From a virus (lineage: Duplodnaviria > Caudoviricetes), in IMG/VR virus record IMGVR_UViG_3300027844_000607, positions 1-58,606 of that record: a stretch of DNA of 58,606 bases; one strand, given 5' to 3'. Both the position numbers and the translations under genes were made by a program. Shown piece after piece: positions 1-9,112 of the stretch; position 1 is the stretch's first letter, and each line of letters starts with the position of its first letter. The notes under the pieces are model-generated. The model ran no database searches. It saw only the letters and a list, made by a program, of their open reading frames with translations, and was not told the DNA's origin.

Positions 1-399
1 TGAGGTCAACGTCAATCGGCCTTCAGCGACCAAGCCAGTATCCGAACTTGCCACGGCAGTGGAAGCCCAGACAGATCCATCGCTCGTCAATACGTTGCCG
101 GATGTACTGGGCGCTACGGTTGTCGGGGTTCCTGTTCCGGCGCCGACGAGAACACCAGCACTCGTCAACGTCGCAAGACCGGTGCCGCCTTGTGCAACCA
201 CAAGTGGCGTGTTCAACCCACCCGTAAGCGTCACGGCACCAGAGAACGATGCGGCCGCAAGAACCGTCGGTCCGGTTTTCAGCGCCGTCTCAATCGCCAC
301 CACTTCCAATTCAAGGTCAGTGATGTGCGTCGTGTAGATGACGTTACCGGTCGATTTAGTTTCGAACGATTTAATAGTTGTTGGATAGGAAGCTGCCAT
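1..399 (-). CDS. Tail-fibre-like structural protein, paralog A (runs off the window edge)
   Basis: Not in the ORF track because it is truncated. ATG at 399 reads MAASYPTTIKSFETKSTGNVIYTTHITDLELEVVAIETALKTGPTVLAAASFSG..., nearly identical to the N-termini of 431..1516 and 3421..3813. ATAAATA lies just upstream. Confidence 0.75.
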   Translation of the reverse strand, partial: MAASYPTTIKSFETKSTGNVIYTTHITDLELEVVAIETALKTGPTVLAAASFSGAVTLTGGLNTPLVVAQGGTGLATLTSAGVLVGAGTGTPTTVAPSTSGNVLTSDGSVWASTAVASSDTGLVAEGRLTLTS

Positions 400-405
400 A
401 TGCTA

Positions 406-412
406 TATTTAT
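406..412 (-). promoter_or_regulatory. T4-type late promoter (ATAAATA)
   Basis: TAGCATAAATATAGCAT-ATG; the same 17-nt leader precedes paralog B. Matches the gp55-dependent TATAAATA family. Confidence 0.7.
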
Positions 413-430
413 GCTATACTGGTTTAGTTC

Positions 431-1516
431 TTAACCGTCTATGGATCCACTGATTCCGCTTTGCCGAACCGTAGGATTGCCACCGTCACCCCACCATGTC
501 GTCGTGCCAGACGCATGTGAATACTCTAACCACGCGGCAAAATGGTATCCCGCAGCAGGGTATGTCCGCAGGTCGGCAGTAACAAAGACCAGTCTAGACG
601 CTGTTGTAATGTCGATGTTCCCCATCAACGTCCCCGTAGCCGCCGCGGTCGTGGAATCGAGTCCGACCCCGGCACTCAACGTGACGTTAGATGTGCTACT
701 CCTCGTCAGTGCTATCACTATTGCCGTCAGTTCGACTTCTGCGACCCCCACAATAAATGCGAGTTGGTTGGCTGTGCTGCCGTTCGCCTGCCGTATCGTC
801 GCGATTGTGTATGTCCAAGTGTCCGTCGCTTCTAATACGCGCATCGGTCTGCTGACACGGTTGTAATAATTCCATACAAACCGTTTAGCCATTGAGTCCT
901 CGGTCGTGGTCGTCGCCGTGGTATAAAACGTCCCGATATATCTTCGGGTGGTGGCCCCCGTTTTCACTAGGACCCCGTCCTGCGTCGTGAGGGCCGTTGC
1001 CCGTGTGGTATCGTTTGTCCACGCGACTGGCGAGTCAAACGTCACGGTTCCTGAATTATCGTAGGCAAACAAGTCATACGGTTTGGCATCCGTGAGCGTT
1101 CCCAACGCAATCGTAATTTGAGTAAAGGTTCTGATGTTCCAAGCGGATGACCCGTCATACAAGGCGATCTCATTCCCGGCGTATGGGGCAAAATAGATAT
1201 TCGTGGCACCGGTCACGTCGGCCGTTGTGACGGCGGTACCGCTTGTGAGCGTTAAGCGCCCTTCGCAAATACCAGTTAGGCCACCCGCAAGGCCGGTGCC
1301 TCCTTGTGCAACCACAAGCGGCGTATTCAATCCACCCGTAAGCGTCACTGCACCGGAGAATGATGCGGCTGCTAGTACCGTTGGTCCGGTTTTTAGCGCC
1401 GTCTCAATCGCAATTACTTCATCTTCGATGTCAGTAATATGTGAAGCGTAGATAACGTGACCGTGCGCCTTAGTCGAAAAGTTCGACTTAATAGATGTTG
1501 GGTAGGAAGCTGCCAT
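431..1516 (-). CDS. Tail-fibre/receptor-binding-like structural protein, paralog B
   Basis: 361 aa, Thr/Ala/Gly/Ser-rich, shared MAASYPTSIKS N-terminus, 'VAQGGTG' fibre motif, beta-rich C-terminal domain, late promoter upstream. Confidence 0.65.
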   Translation of the reverse strand: MAASYPTSIKSNFSTKAHGHVIYASHITDIEDEVIAIETALKTGPTVLAAASFSGAVTLTGGLNTPLVVAQGGTGLAGGLTGICEGRLTLTSGTAVTTADVTGATNIYFAPYAGNEIALYDGSSAWNIRTFTQITIALGTLTDAKPYDLFAYDNSGTVTFDSPVAWTNDTTRATALTTQDGVLVKTGATTRRYIGTFYTTATTTTEDSMAKRFVWNYYNRVSRPMRVLEATDTWTYTIATIRQANGSTANQLAFIVGVAEVELTAIVIALTRSSTSNVTLSAGVGLDSTTAAATGTLMGNIDITTASRLVFVTADLRTYPAAGYHFAAWLEYSHASGTTTWWGDGGNPTVRQSGISGSIDG

Positions 1517-1522
1517 ATGCTA

Positions 1523-1529
1523 TATTTAT
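1523..1529 (-). promoter_or_regulatory. T4-type late promoter (ATAAATA)
   Basis: 6 nt upstream of the ATG at 1516; same context as 406..412. Confidence 0.7.
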
Positions 1530-1616
1530 GCTATGTGAAGAACGGTGTTACTCGCTTGGCGTAAAGCGCGTCACGCCGACCTGATCGCCGCGATGTCTGC
1601 CATCATCTGCCTCATC

Positions 1617-2078
1617 TTACGGGGCGCCAACCGGGAACGGCTGAGACACCGCGATCATCGCGGCGTAGATGTCGTCCGCTCGCGCTTGCGTCAGGACGCC
1701 CGTCGAGGCGCAGTAGTTCAACAGCATCTCGACTTGCGGGTCTTCGGTCAGGAACGGGTCAGACGCGGCGTCATAGAGGCCGACGCCCCACGCGAGTTGC
1801 GGGTCGGTCTGTGGCCCGAGCATCGCGACGTATTCGGTCGGCGTCAAGATGTCGATGAAGTCGGTCTTCTTGATCCGCAGGACAGTCACGGGCGGCGGCG
1901 GTGATGTCCACGTCTGCGTCACTGGATCATAGATGTCCCCCACCTGCGGCAGTGGCACGGTGTTAGTCGTATCGACAAACAGATACGTGCTATCGGGTGC
2001 AATCGGCAGGTCATCGCCGCCAGACCACGTCCCATAGCACACATAATCGCTGGTTCTCATCTCCGCTACAGTACTCAT
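1617..2078 (-). CDS. Hypothetical protein, possibly tail-fibre assembly/chaperone-like
   Basis: 153 aa with 'VGDIYDPVTQTWTSPPPP', a motif typical of small tail-associated phage proteins; overlaps the upstream gene. Confidence 0.45.
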   Translation of the reverse strand: MSTVAEMRTSDYVCYGTWSGGDDLPIAPDSTYLFVDTTNTVPLPQVGDIYDPVTQTWTSPPPPVTVLRIKKTDFIDILTPTEYVAMLGPQTDPQLAWGVGLYDAASDPFLTEDPQVEMLLNYCASTGVLTQARADDIYAAMIAVSQPFPVGAP

Positions 2079-2695
2079 GCCGTCAACGCTTTCTGCGGCA
2101 CAAGAGCCGCGTGAATGTCTACCGATCCCGCGTCAAGCGCGTTCTGAATGCCGTCTGACACATGCGCTGGCGCACCCGTTAGCATCCATCTCCCGTTCTC
2201 GTGCGTGAGTTGCCCATGCAATGACCCATGAAATGGCGCAAGCGCGGTATCGGTAATGTCGAGCAAGGCTTTCTGCTCAGTCGGGAGAATACGCCGTGAC
2301 GAGCTTTGGTTCGCGTCGATGTATTTAGAAGCGCGGTCTAGCTGGATGTAGTGCCGCATGTCGGGATACTCAATGCCCCCGTCCATCGTGTTCCACTTGT
2401 GGAAATACTGATCGCCCACCGGCCAGTTGAACTTCGTCACATCGACGCAGACCGCACCACCAGCGGGGCAGTCATCCCACGCATGTTGATCCCAGCATTG
2501 TGCGATCACCTCGTACGGTGACCCCATCGGCGTGATGAGCCGCTGCGTTTCGTGCAGCCACGCATTCATGCCGATCATCCTTTGCTCTCCCACTTGCGCG
2601 AGGAGATGCGCTGGCGGGGGTGGGGCATACCCTTTCCACTCGCCGAGCCACTGCCCGTCTTCAAGGCGAAACCACGCGAAATGGCGATCAACCAT
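2075..2695 (-). CDS. Hypothetical protein
   Basis: 206-aa ORF tightly coupled to both neighbours in the same operon. Confidence 0.55.
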   Translation of the reverse strand: MVDRHFAWFRLEDGQWLGEWKGYAPPPPAHLLAQVGEQRMIGMNAWLHETQRLITPMGSPYEVIAQCWDQHAWDDCPAGGAVCVDVTKFNWPVGDQYFHKWNTMDGGIEYPDMRHYIQLDRASKYIDANQSSSRRILPTEQKALLDITDTALAPFHGSLHGQLTHENGRWMLTGAPAHVSDGIQNALDAGSVDIHAALVPQKALTA

Positions 2696-3054
2696 TAGAA
2701 CAACTCCACTAATTCATAAGTGAGCAACGTCCAGTTCGCGTTACCATTTGTAGAGACAAACGTCTGTGTCGTCGTGTTCATTCTCACACGTGCAGCGCCT
2801 TCGAGGAAATTGCCAGACGTTGAACTTGAGCTGATACCACCGAATGAAAGATAGGCCCGTGCCAGCGTGACAGCGCTCACTGTGGCCAGCGAGCTTGTCG
2901 TCCCAGTTAGCAGCTGTTCCGCTCGCTGGATGCTCGACGCCCGCACCGAATAGCTCCCCGCCGTCAGGCTGAAGCCGGTCTTGGTGTTGACTTCGACGAG
3001 CCTATTCGCAACTGGAACCTGCGTCCAGAGTTGGTTTGGTGATATGTGCTTCAT
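2695..3054 (-). CDS. Hypothetical structural (tail-associated) protein
   Basis: 119 aa, Ser/Thr-rich and beta-like, ending 'YELVELF'; overlapping start/stop with neighbours. Confidence 0.5.
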   Translation of the reverse strand: MKHISPNQLWTQVPVANRLVEVNTKTGFSLTAGSYSVRASSIQRAEQLLTGTTSSLATVSAVTLARAYLSFGGISSSSTSGNFLEGAARVRMNTTTQTFVSTNGNANWTLLTYELVELF

Positions 3055-3419
3055 GGTGTGATTCTCAGGACATGACCAGACAGAGTGATCACATTCCCAC
3101 TCGCGGCAAAGGCTTTCACTGTCAAGGCGGTGGAACCGTCGCCCAACAGGATCAACCCATCAACCACGGCCGTGAGTCCAGTCTTCGGCGTGATCGTCTG
3201 CACGATATTTTGGTCGGGTGCCGTGGCACCGCCGAATTCGAGGGTCAGCACTACGTCTGAGGCTGAACTGTTGAATGCAAACACGGTGAGCCTATCCACG
3301 ATGGTGGCGCTTGTGCCCGTCGTGTGGATAAGTGTCCCGGCGGTCGAGGTCGCCACGACCTTGATGCCTTGTCCCTGCGTGCTTGCGGAGAACGGAATGA
3401 TTGCTGTTGCGTTGGCCAT
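3051..3419 (-). CDS. Small virion structural protein
   Basis: 122 aa, Thr/Ala-rich beta-sandwich-like sequence directly downstream of paralog C. Confidence 0.5.
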   Translation of the reverse strand: MANATAIIPFSASTQGQGIKVVATSTAGTLIHTTGTSATIVDRLTVFAFNSSASDVVLTLEFGGATAPDQNIVQTITPKTGLTAVVDGLILLGDGSTALTVKAFAASGNVITLSGHVLRITP

Positions 3420-3420
3420 T

Positions 3421-3813
3421 TTAACTCATCGCCTCTACTTGTAGAATATCCAGGCCGCCCGGTGCAGGTGCGGTGCTGGCCCAGGCGGACCCGGTGCTGG
3501 TTAATAGGTTGCCGGACGTACTGGGCGCTACGGTTGTCGGGGTTCCTGTTCCGGCGCCGACGAGAACACCAGCACTCGTCAACGTCGCAAGACCGGTACC
3601 GCCCTGGGCAACTACTAGCGGCGTGTTCAATCCACCTGTGAGCGTTACTGCACCGGAGAACGATGCGGCCGCAAGAACCGTCGGTCCGGTTTTCAGCGCC
3701 GTCTCAATCGCCACCACTTCCAATTCAAGGTCAGTGACGTCTGTCAGCAGTACATAATCCCCGTTCGCTTTAGCGGGAAACGATTTAATGGATGTTGGAT
3801 AGGATGCTGCCAT
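3421..3813 (-). CDS. Short tail-fibre-like structural protein, paralog C
   Basis: 130 aa consisting essentially of the shared MAASYPTSIKS module; SD-like AAAGGA and CTAAATA upstream. Confidence 0.7.
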   Translation of the reverse strand: MAASYPTSIKSFPAKANGDYVLLTDVTDLELEVVAIETALKTGPTVLAAASFSGAVTLTGGLNTPLVVAQGGTGLATLTSAGVLVGAGTGTPTTVAPSTSGNLLTSTGSAWASTAPAPGGLDILQVEAMS

Positions 3814-3831
3814 CTAATTTTCCTTTGACAT

Positions 3832-3838
3832 TATTTAG
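3832..3838 (-). promoter_or_regulatory. Late promoter (CTAAATA)
   Basis: Intergenic, upstream of the 3813 start. Confidence 0.65.
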
Positions 3839-3843
3839 TGTCC

Positions 3844-5559
3844 CTAATCAGGACCCGAATCCACCATCCTCAACCATTCAGCAAAGCGGCCTGCCGTCTT
3901 GCCCCATCCCGGTATACTCTCTCCTTCTTGCCAGTTTGGACAATTCCGCTTGTCTTTGAATTGATTACGGGACCATCGCGTACTAACCATGTTCGTGTCG
4001 TGCCGAATATCCACATTCGGAAACTCTGAATTGAAGGTGTCCCCTCCACGCGAATCAAATCGCGCATATGGCTTCTGACTGCCCGGCTCAAACCCAGAAC
4101 GTAGATCAAACCCATCACAATCAATACGAGCGATACGCGCACGATAATGATCCAGCAACGCACTCCGATAGGCGACAAGACCAGACACTTGCTTCGTGTC
4201 GTAGTGAATAGCACGTCCATCCTCCGCAGATACCTTCCATGCATTCATGTTGTAGTAGAAGGTGTCGCGGTGCGCGGGATCGAATAAGAAGTGTGACGGG
4301 TGGTACAGCACGTCATGGTCACAGATAAACACGACATCGCAAGTCATGGTTTCCAACCCCGTCAAGAGTTGCCGCATCCACGTTTCATGCCCGCGGTCGC
4401 GTTGCACCGTCATGTTCTTCCCAAACGAGATAGGTTTAAGCGACACTGCCGCAATCGGCAAGTCCATTTCAAGCAACCGATGTTGTACAGCAATGCCGAT
4501 GTCCGTGTCATCCAACAGGTTGTCAGTCGTGTAGAGAATGCCCTTCGTTGGATTTGAGACAACTGGCGCACTGTCGATCATCCGCGGCTGCTCAGGCTGC
4601 GGCGGAGGTGCGGGAACTTCCACATCAGGCGCTCTTGATGGCACATCATGCCAGTCTGGAACCGGACGGAATCGTTCGAGCAACCAATTCAGATCATGTT
4701 TGGCTAATGGCCATTTGTTGTCTATCCACAACGCCCGAGAGTGCTTGCGTGCGCGATCAACTTGCCGCCCAGAGAGCGGGTACGGAAAGCCAAAGTCACC
4801 ACCCTGCGTGCGGAACATATGGGCGAACCACGTTTTCTTGTTGACCACATGCCGACCGCCACTCAACCATGCCTTACACGCGACTTCCACACCAAACTGT
4901 CCCCACGATCCGTGCGCTTCGTCCATGCCACCGAGATCCCAAAACCGCTGACGGTGCATGAAGAAACAGGCCCCGACGCTCGTCATCGTGTCCGCAATAT
5001 CACCCTGAGCATTCGCATGAGTCTTGAACGATCCCCAATACTGAAAGTGCATCGTCTTATCAAACCGTGCGAAGTCTGTTTTACGATTCATTCGTGGTTG
5101 CCAGAGCATGTCGCGAACCACATTCGGACCATTACATCGCTCACACTTCTCTGGTGTTGGGCCCTGATATCGGCGCCAGTCGCAGTCCGTACACAACCAG
5201 TCGAACGCGTGGAGGTTATACATGCGCGGGATGACCGTCCAGTCATAGTCACAGTCCGCCATCAGTTTGACATCAAAGCCTTCATCAACAGAACAGTGCC
5301 CGTCGATCTTCATGATGTATTTGGCGCGAGAGAGTCGAGCGCCTTCATTCATGGCGGCGCGTTGCCCGATGGACTCAGCATGATGGACGAGTCGTACCTT
5401 CGGATGATCGGGGATGACAGGATCCGCCCAGGCGCCATCCAGAATGGCGATGACTTCTGTGTCACCTTGCATGTTCTGAAGGATAGTCTCAATCGTTTTC
5501 GCCAGAAACATTTCGTTGCGGGCGGGAATGACAATGGAAAGATCGGATGCAAACTTCAT
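3844..5559 (-). CDS. Two-domain glycosyltransferase: N-terminal GT-A domain resembling ppGalNAc-T (GT2/GT27) with a CxxC/CxxC insert, Pro-rich linker, second GT-A-like domain
   Basis: LSIVIPARNE start; DGHC (DxH) motif; GACFFMHRQRFWDLGGMDEAHGSWG...KAWLSGG...AHMFR. The C-terminal domain (KGILYTTDN...DHDVLYHPSHF) is paralogous to the next two genes. Confidence 0.8.
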   Translation of the reverse strand: MKFASDLSIVIPARNEMFLAKTIETILQNMQGDTEVIAILDGAWADPVIPDHPKVRLVHHAESIGQRAAMNEGARLSRAKYIMKIDGHCSVDEGFDVKLMADCDYDWTVIPRMYNLHAFDWLCTDCDWRRYQGPTPEKCERCNGPNVVRDMLWQPRMNRKTDFARFDKTMHFQYWGSFKTHANAQGDIADTMTSVGACFFMHRQRFWDLGGMDEAHGSWGQFGVEVACKAWLSGGRHVVNKKTWFAHMFRTQGGDFGFPYPLSGRQVDRARKHSRALWIDNKWPLAKHDLNWLLERFRPVPDWHDVPSRAPDVEVPAPPPQPEQPRMIDSAPVVSNPTKGILYTTDNLLDDTDIGIAVQHRLLEMDLPIAAVSLKPISFGKNMTVQRDRGHETWMRQLLTGLETMTCDVVFICDHDVLYHPSHFLFDPAHRDTFYYNMNAWKVSAEDGRAIHYDTKQVSGLVAYRSALLDHYRARIARIDCDGFDLRSGFEPGSQKPYARFDSRGGDTFNSEFPNVDIRHDTNMVSTRWSRNQFKDKRNCPNWQEGESIPGWGKTAGRFAEWLRMVDSGPD

Positions 5560-5561
5560 AG

Positions 5562-6284
5562 TTAGTCTCGGGACCCGGGTGTTGGTGACGGCGATGCCGC
5601 AGGTGGTATCTCGTCTAGTGTAAAAGTGCCCCAGTAGGGCACGTCGTTTGTTTCAGTCCAGTTCTGACAGGTACTCTTGTCGCGAAATTTGTCCGTGGAC
5701 CAGCGGTTCGCCGTAAGGTTGTGCTTATGACGAATATCCAAATTCGGTAACGCAGACATCCACGTCCCTACGAAAAATCTGTTTTGCCACGGAAGGCGAC
5801 TCTGTTTATGCCCAGGCTCAAACCCCTTTCCGCGTGACCATGTTCCGTCTTGTGTAAACTTGATGCGTTCGCGGTAATGCTTAATCGCATCTTCGCGATA
5901 GATGCAGATGCCACTGACCTGTTGACAGTTATCAACCCACACGGCGTGCCCGTCCTCGGCACGCACTTTCCACACATTCACATTGTAGTAGAAAGTGTCG
6001 CGTGCTGTTGGTGTGAAGTCAAAGTGTGACGGGTGATAGAGCATGTCATGTTCGCAAAAGAACACGACATCTTCCGCGCAGTTCTCCAGTGCGGTAAGAA
6101 TCTGTGTAAACATTGTGAGCATCCCACGTTCTAGTGGTAACACAATGTTATGCCCAAAGTTCGGCACGGGTTTTAGTGTGACAGAGGTGATCGGTAACCC
6201 GATAGACAACAACTGTTCTCGCACACGCCGATTGATGCGTTCGTCTGCCTGATTGTCGGTGTAGTAAATAATGCCCTTCGTCAT
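5562..6284 (-). CDS. Putative GT-A glycosyltransferase
   Basis: KGIIYYTDN...FFCEHDMLYHPSHFDF; clear paralog of the C-terminal domain of 3844..5559. Confidence 0.6.
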   Translation of the reverse strand: MTKGIIYYTDNQADERINRRVREQLLSIGLPITSVTLKPVPNFGHNIVLPLERGMLTMFTQILTALENCAEDVVFFCEHDMLYHPSHFDFTPTARDTFYYNVNVWKVRAEDGHAVWVDNCQQVSGICIYREDAIKHYRERIKFTQDGTWSRGKGFEPGHKQSRLPWQNRFFVGTWMSALPNLDIRHKHNLTANRWSTDKFRDKSTCQNWTETNDVPYWGTFTLDEIPPAASPSPTPGSRD

Positions 6285-6994
6285 GGTTTCTCTTTTGGTT
6301 CATACATTGCCATAAGTTCTTTGGCGGTGCCCCAATACGGCAACTCGGTCGCTCGCCTGTCCGCATGGCGTTTACGTTTGCTGAGATAGCCTTCAAACTG
6401 TAATGCCTCTTCGGTGCCAAACACAATGCTCGCTGTCGGGGCGCTCCAGCGTTCGTGTGTCAATGTCGTGATGCCGAGATGTCCCTCAAACCGGCCCGGC
6501 TCCCCAAAATACCGTATGGGAATTTTATTAGGATTGGGATACTTCGCGAATCGTTCTTCCAACGTATCAATGAGAGCTTGTCGCGAGACGGTGAGACTCG
6601 TCATCGTACGTCGTTCGCGATGTGACATGAGTGGTGGTGTGTGCCATGTAAAGATGGACCACTTGTTGACATCATACGCAAACATATTTGGTGCAGGCTT
6701 ATAGAGATAGTGATCGGGTGAATACAGAACATCATCTTCCGCTGTGGCCACATACTCTGTCTTGGCAGCTTTGGCACCGATGAGTACTTGCTTATAGATG
6801 TTATAGACGGACCGGCCGATGTCACCGACGCAGATGTTTTCACCAAAGTCCATCGGTATATGCGATACGCTGATCAATGGCGTCTTACCAATGACGCGAA
6901 TCAGTTGCGTACGCACCCGGTCAGCAAAACGATCATTGAGAAAATTCGCAGTATAGTAGATGACGGTTAAATTGGGGATGACCAAATCACTCAT
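6281..6994 (-). CDS. Putative GT-A glycosyltransferase
   Basis: VIYYTAN...ATAEDDVLYSPDH (EDD metal/nucleotide-sugar motif). Start placed at the ATG overlapping the upstream stop. Confidence 0.6.
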   Translation of the reverse strand: MSDLVIPNLTVIYYTANFLNDRFADRVRTQLIRVIGKTPLISVSHIPMDFGENICVGDIGRSVYNIYKQVLIGAKAAKTEYVATAEDDVLYSPDHYLYKPAPNMFAYDVNKWSIFTWHTPPLMSHRERRTMTSLTVSRQALIDTLEERFAKYPNPNKIPIRYFGEPGRFEGHLGITTLTHERWSAPTASIVFGTEEALQFEGYLSKRKRHADRRATELPYWGTAKELMAMYEPKEKP

Positions 6995-7638
6995 GTCGCA
7001 TCCTTGTATATACCCTTCGTTGTGCCCCACATTTGCCGTGCGTAGATCGGTGGCGTGAGTCCGTCCGCTTCGTGATAATGCCCAAGTTTTGGATAGAACG
7101 TATACGAGGGTAGAATTTTTATGGCGGAATATTTGGCGCCATGATGACGAGGACGATTATACCACATAAACCGATCCACACAAGTAGTTAGGAGTGTGCC
7201 GCCAATGGTAAAACATGGTGGTTCGATCACGGTAGCACTCTGAATCCGTTGTTGATACGTCAGGAGAATAGGGTGATATGGCACGGTCCCGATTACTCCA
7301 TTGGCAACTCGTTCGTCATACTCAAACACCGCGAAAAAGTCCAACTCCAAAAACGACGCACCCTCAATCGTTTGCCGACAAACGGAATCCGCATCCAAGT
7401 AAATACCACCAAGGCGCAGCAGAATTTCCACTCGCGCAACATCAGCGGCCCCATCATACATCTGCTTCTTCATGAAGCGGTCGTATTTGTCGCGGTTAAC
7501 TAATCCAAAATTATCAATCGCCTGTTCGTCCCATAGCGTAAACGTAAACGACGGATTCTTCTTCGGCCATGTGTCTAACCACTCATTCGGGCGTTGCTTT
7601 GGTCCGATCCAGATCTGGTGGATGTGTGTCGGAATCAT
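6991..7638 (-). CDS. GT32 / DXD-motif glycosyltransferase (Och1/Sur1-like)
   Basis: MIPTHIHQIWIG...ADVARVEILLRLGGIYLDAD signature. Confidence 0.8.
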   Translation of the reverse strand: MIPTHIHQIWIGPKQRPNEWLDTWPKKNPSFTFTLWDEQAIDNFGLVNRDKYDRFMKKQMYDGAADVARVEILLRLGGIYLDADSVCRQTIEGASFLELDFFAVFEYDERVANGVIGTVPYHPILLTYQQRIQSATVIEPPCFTIGGTLLTTCVDRFMWYNRPRHHGAKYSAIKILPSYTFYPKLGHYHEADGLTPPIYARQMWGTTKGIYKDAT

Positions 7639-8168
7639 GTAATAGATCGACTTCCTCTATATTTCGTGACATACTGATTGACGATCTGTCGTACCGTAAG
7701 GCGTGTGCCGGTGATGTTCATGTCGCACGGCCAAGACGGAATGAGTCCAAGCCAGTGATGGAACTCGTCCTTCGCCAGCACATAACGGTAGGCATTCTCT
7801 ATAAGCAAGGGTTGCCCTTCGGCATGTTGACGCCGTAGGTAGTTGATGATCGTGTGTGGGTTGTCACCCCAATCAATCACACCCAACCGCATGATTGTGT
7901 GCTGAAGAAACTGTGAACGAATCAAACACTCCATTGTGCGCTTGTGGTGGGCGTATCGCGTGTCCGCATAGAACACCGACAATGAACTGAAATAAATCAG
8001 ATGCTTTGTCGGGTCTTGTTTCGCGAGTAAATGTGCCTCTCGTTCGTATTCGCTGTCTCGCGTTTCCTGACTGTTACTGACGCCCGATGCGAAGTAGATA
8101 CGATCTGGTCTGTCTAAGTTTGGCACATCCGCAATGGTGGATGCGATATCGCCTCGTCCAATAATCAT
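7635..8168 (-). CDS. Short NAD-dependent epimerase/dehydratase-like protein
   Basis: MIIGRGDIA, IYFASGVSNS, LIYFSS and YAHHK (YxxxK) extended-SDR-like motifs. Confidence 0.6.
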   Translation of the reverse strand: MIIGRGDIASTIADVPNLDRPDRIYFASGVSNSQETRDSEYEREAHLLAKQDPTKHLIYFSSLSVFYADTRYAHHKRTMECLIRSQFLQHTIMRLGVIDWGDNPHTIINYLRRQHAEGQPLLIENAYRYVLAKDEFHHWLGLIPSWPCDMNITGTRLTVRQIVNQYVTKYRGSRSIT

Positions 8169-9091
8169 TTAGTCGCACGTTTCTCATTGAAGGCGGCCAA
8201 GTCCGCTTTCCACGTATCCGTCCATGTTGGCACAGGTGAAAAGTGATCGATGAGCCACTCGAAATCTCGCGTACGTTGTTCCCACTTATTATTCATCCAG
8301 TAGTCAATACAGTAATGACGGCCGTCTTCTTTGTCGGCTTGATGCTCTCTATACTGTTGATTACTGAAACCATAGCCCTTCCCCTTCTTACCTTTGTGCC
8401 AATGAGCATACCACGTTTTCTTGTTGACAACAACGCGCCCACCACTGAACCACGTTTTATTTCCAATCTCTTGCGCTTCCTGCGTGAACATGCCATAACC
8501 ATCTTCTTCCATGTCTCCAATGACCGTATGCCAATGTGATGTCTTCATGAAATAGCAGGAACCCTGCCATGACATTGTATCATCAATAAGGATATCCTTT
8601 CTTTCATAGTGTCGTGATTTCCACTCCGACCCGTGTAACCCGTACTCTATATCGTGCGGCCGCTCAAACGGATTGGCAAGATACATATAGTCAATTGGTG
8701 GACGACCATCTTCAACGACGACCCATTCTTCGGGTTCCAACCGATAGCGGCGTGGAATGACAACCCAATTATCCTCGCAATCGGCTTTGAGCTTGGTGTC
8801 GTAGCCCTGATCGAGCAAACAGTGTTCGTCAATCTTCATCAGGTATTCGCCGGTTGCCAAGGAGACACCTGCATTGATGGCCGAGCGCATTCCATAGTGG
8901 CCGTGTGTTATTCCTTGATGGAGGTGGTGAACTTTGGGATGGTCTTTGGGGATAGTGTCTGGCCAGATACCGTCCAGTACAACTATGATCTCAATGTCGC
9001 CTTCAGCTTTGGCGAGTAGATCATCGATAGTTTTCTGGAGATACTGCGGACTGCGTGACGGGACAATAATGGACAATCGCGATGCTATCAT
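8165..9091 (-). CDS. GT-A glycosyltransferase, ppGalNAc-T-like (GT2/GT27)
   Basis: LSIIVPSR, KIDEHC (DxH), GSCYFM...EIGNKTWFSGGRVVVNKKTWYAHWHK; paralog of the N-terminal domain of 3844..5559; SD AAGGAG. Confidence 0.8.
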   Translation of the reverse strand: MIASRLSIIVPSRSPQYLQKTIDDLLAKAEGDIEIIVVLDGIWPDTIPKDHPKVHHLHQGITHGHYGMRSAINAGVSLATGEYLMKIDEHCLLDQGYDTKLKADCEDNWVVIPRRYRLEPEEWVVVEDGRPPIDYMYLANPFERPHDIEYGLHGSEWKSRHYERKDILIDDTMSWQGSCYFMKTSHWHTVIGDMEEDGYGMFTQEAQEIGNKTWFSGGRVVVNKKTWYAHWHKGKKGKGYGFSNQQYREHQADKEDGRHYCIDYWMNNKWEQRTRDFEWLIDHFSPVPTWTDTWKADLAAFNEKRATK

Positions 9092-9112
9092 AATAACTCA
9101 CTCCTTCGTACT

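Noticed and set aside
59-3757. Diversity-generating retroelement (near-identical repeats in fibre genes)
   Set aside because: Differences between copies are mostly synonymous third-position changes rather than adenine-specific, the repeats are N-terminal, and no reverse transcriptase is in the window.
4741-5565. 274-aa plus-strand ORF and many similar antisense ORFs in the track
   Set aside because: They lie opposite well-supported genes and show no recognisable motifs or ribosome-binding sites.
3844-9091. DNA hypermodification (hmC glucosylation) cluster
   Set aside because: Not favoured: late promoter, structural-gene context, peptide-GT motifs and no hydroxymethylase in the window. It cannot be fully excluded without the rest of the genome.
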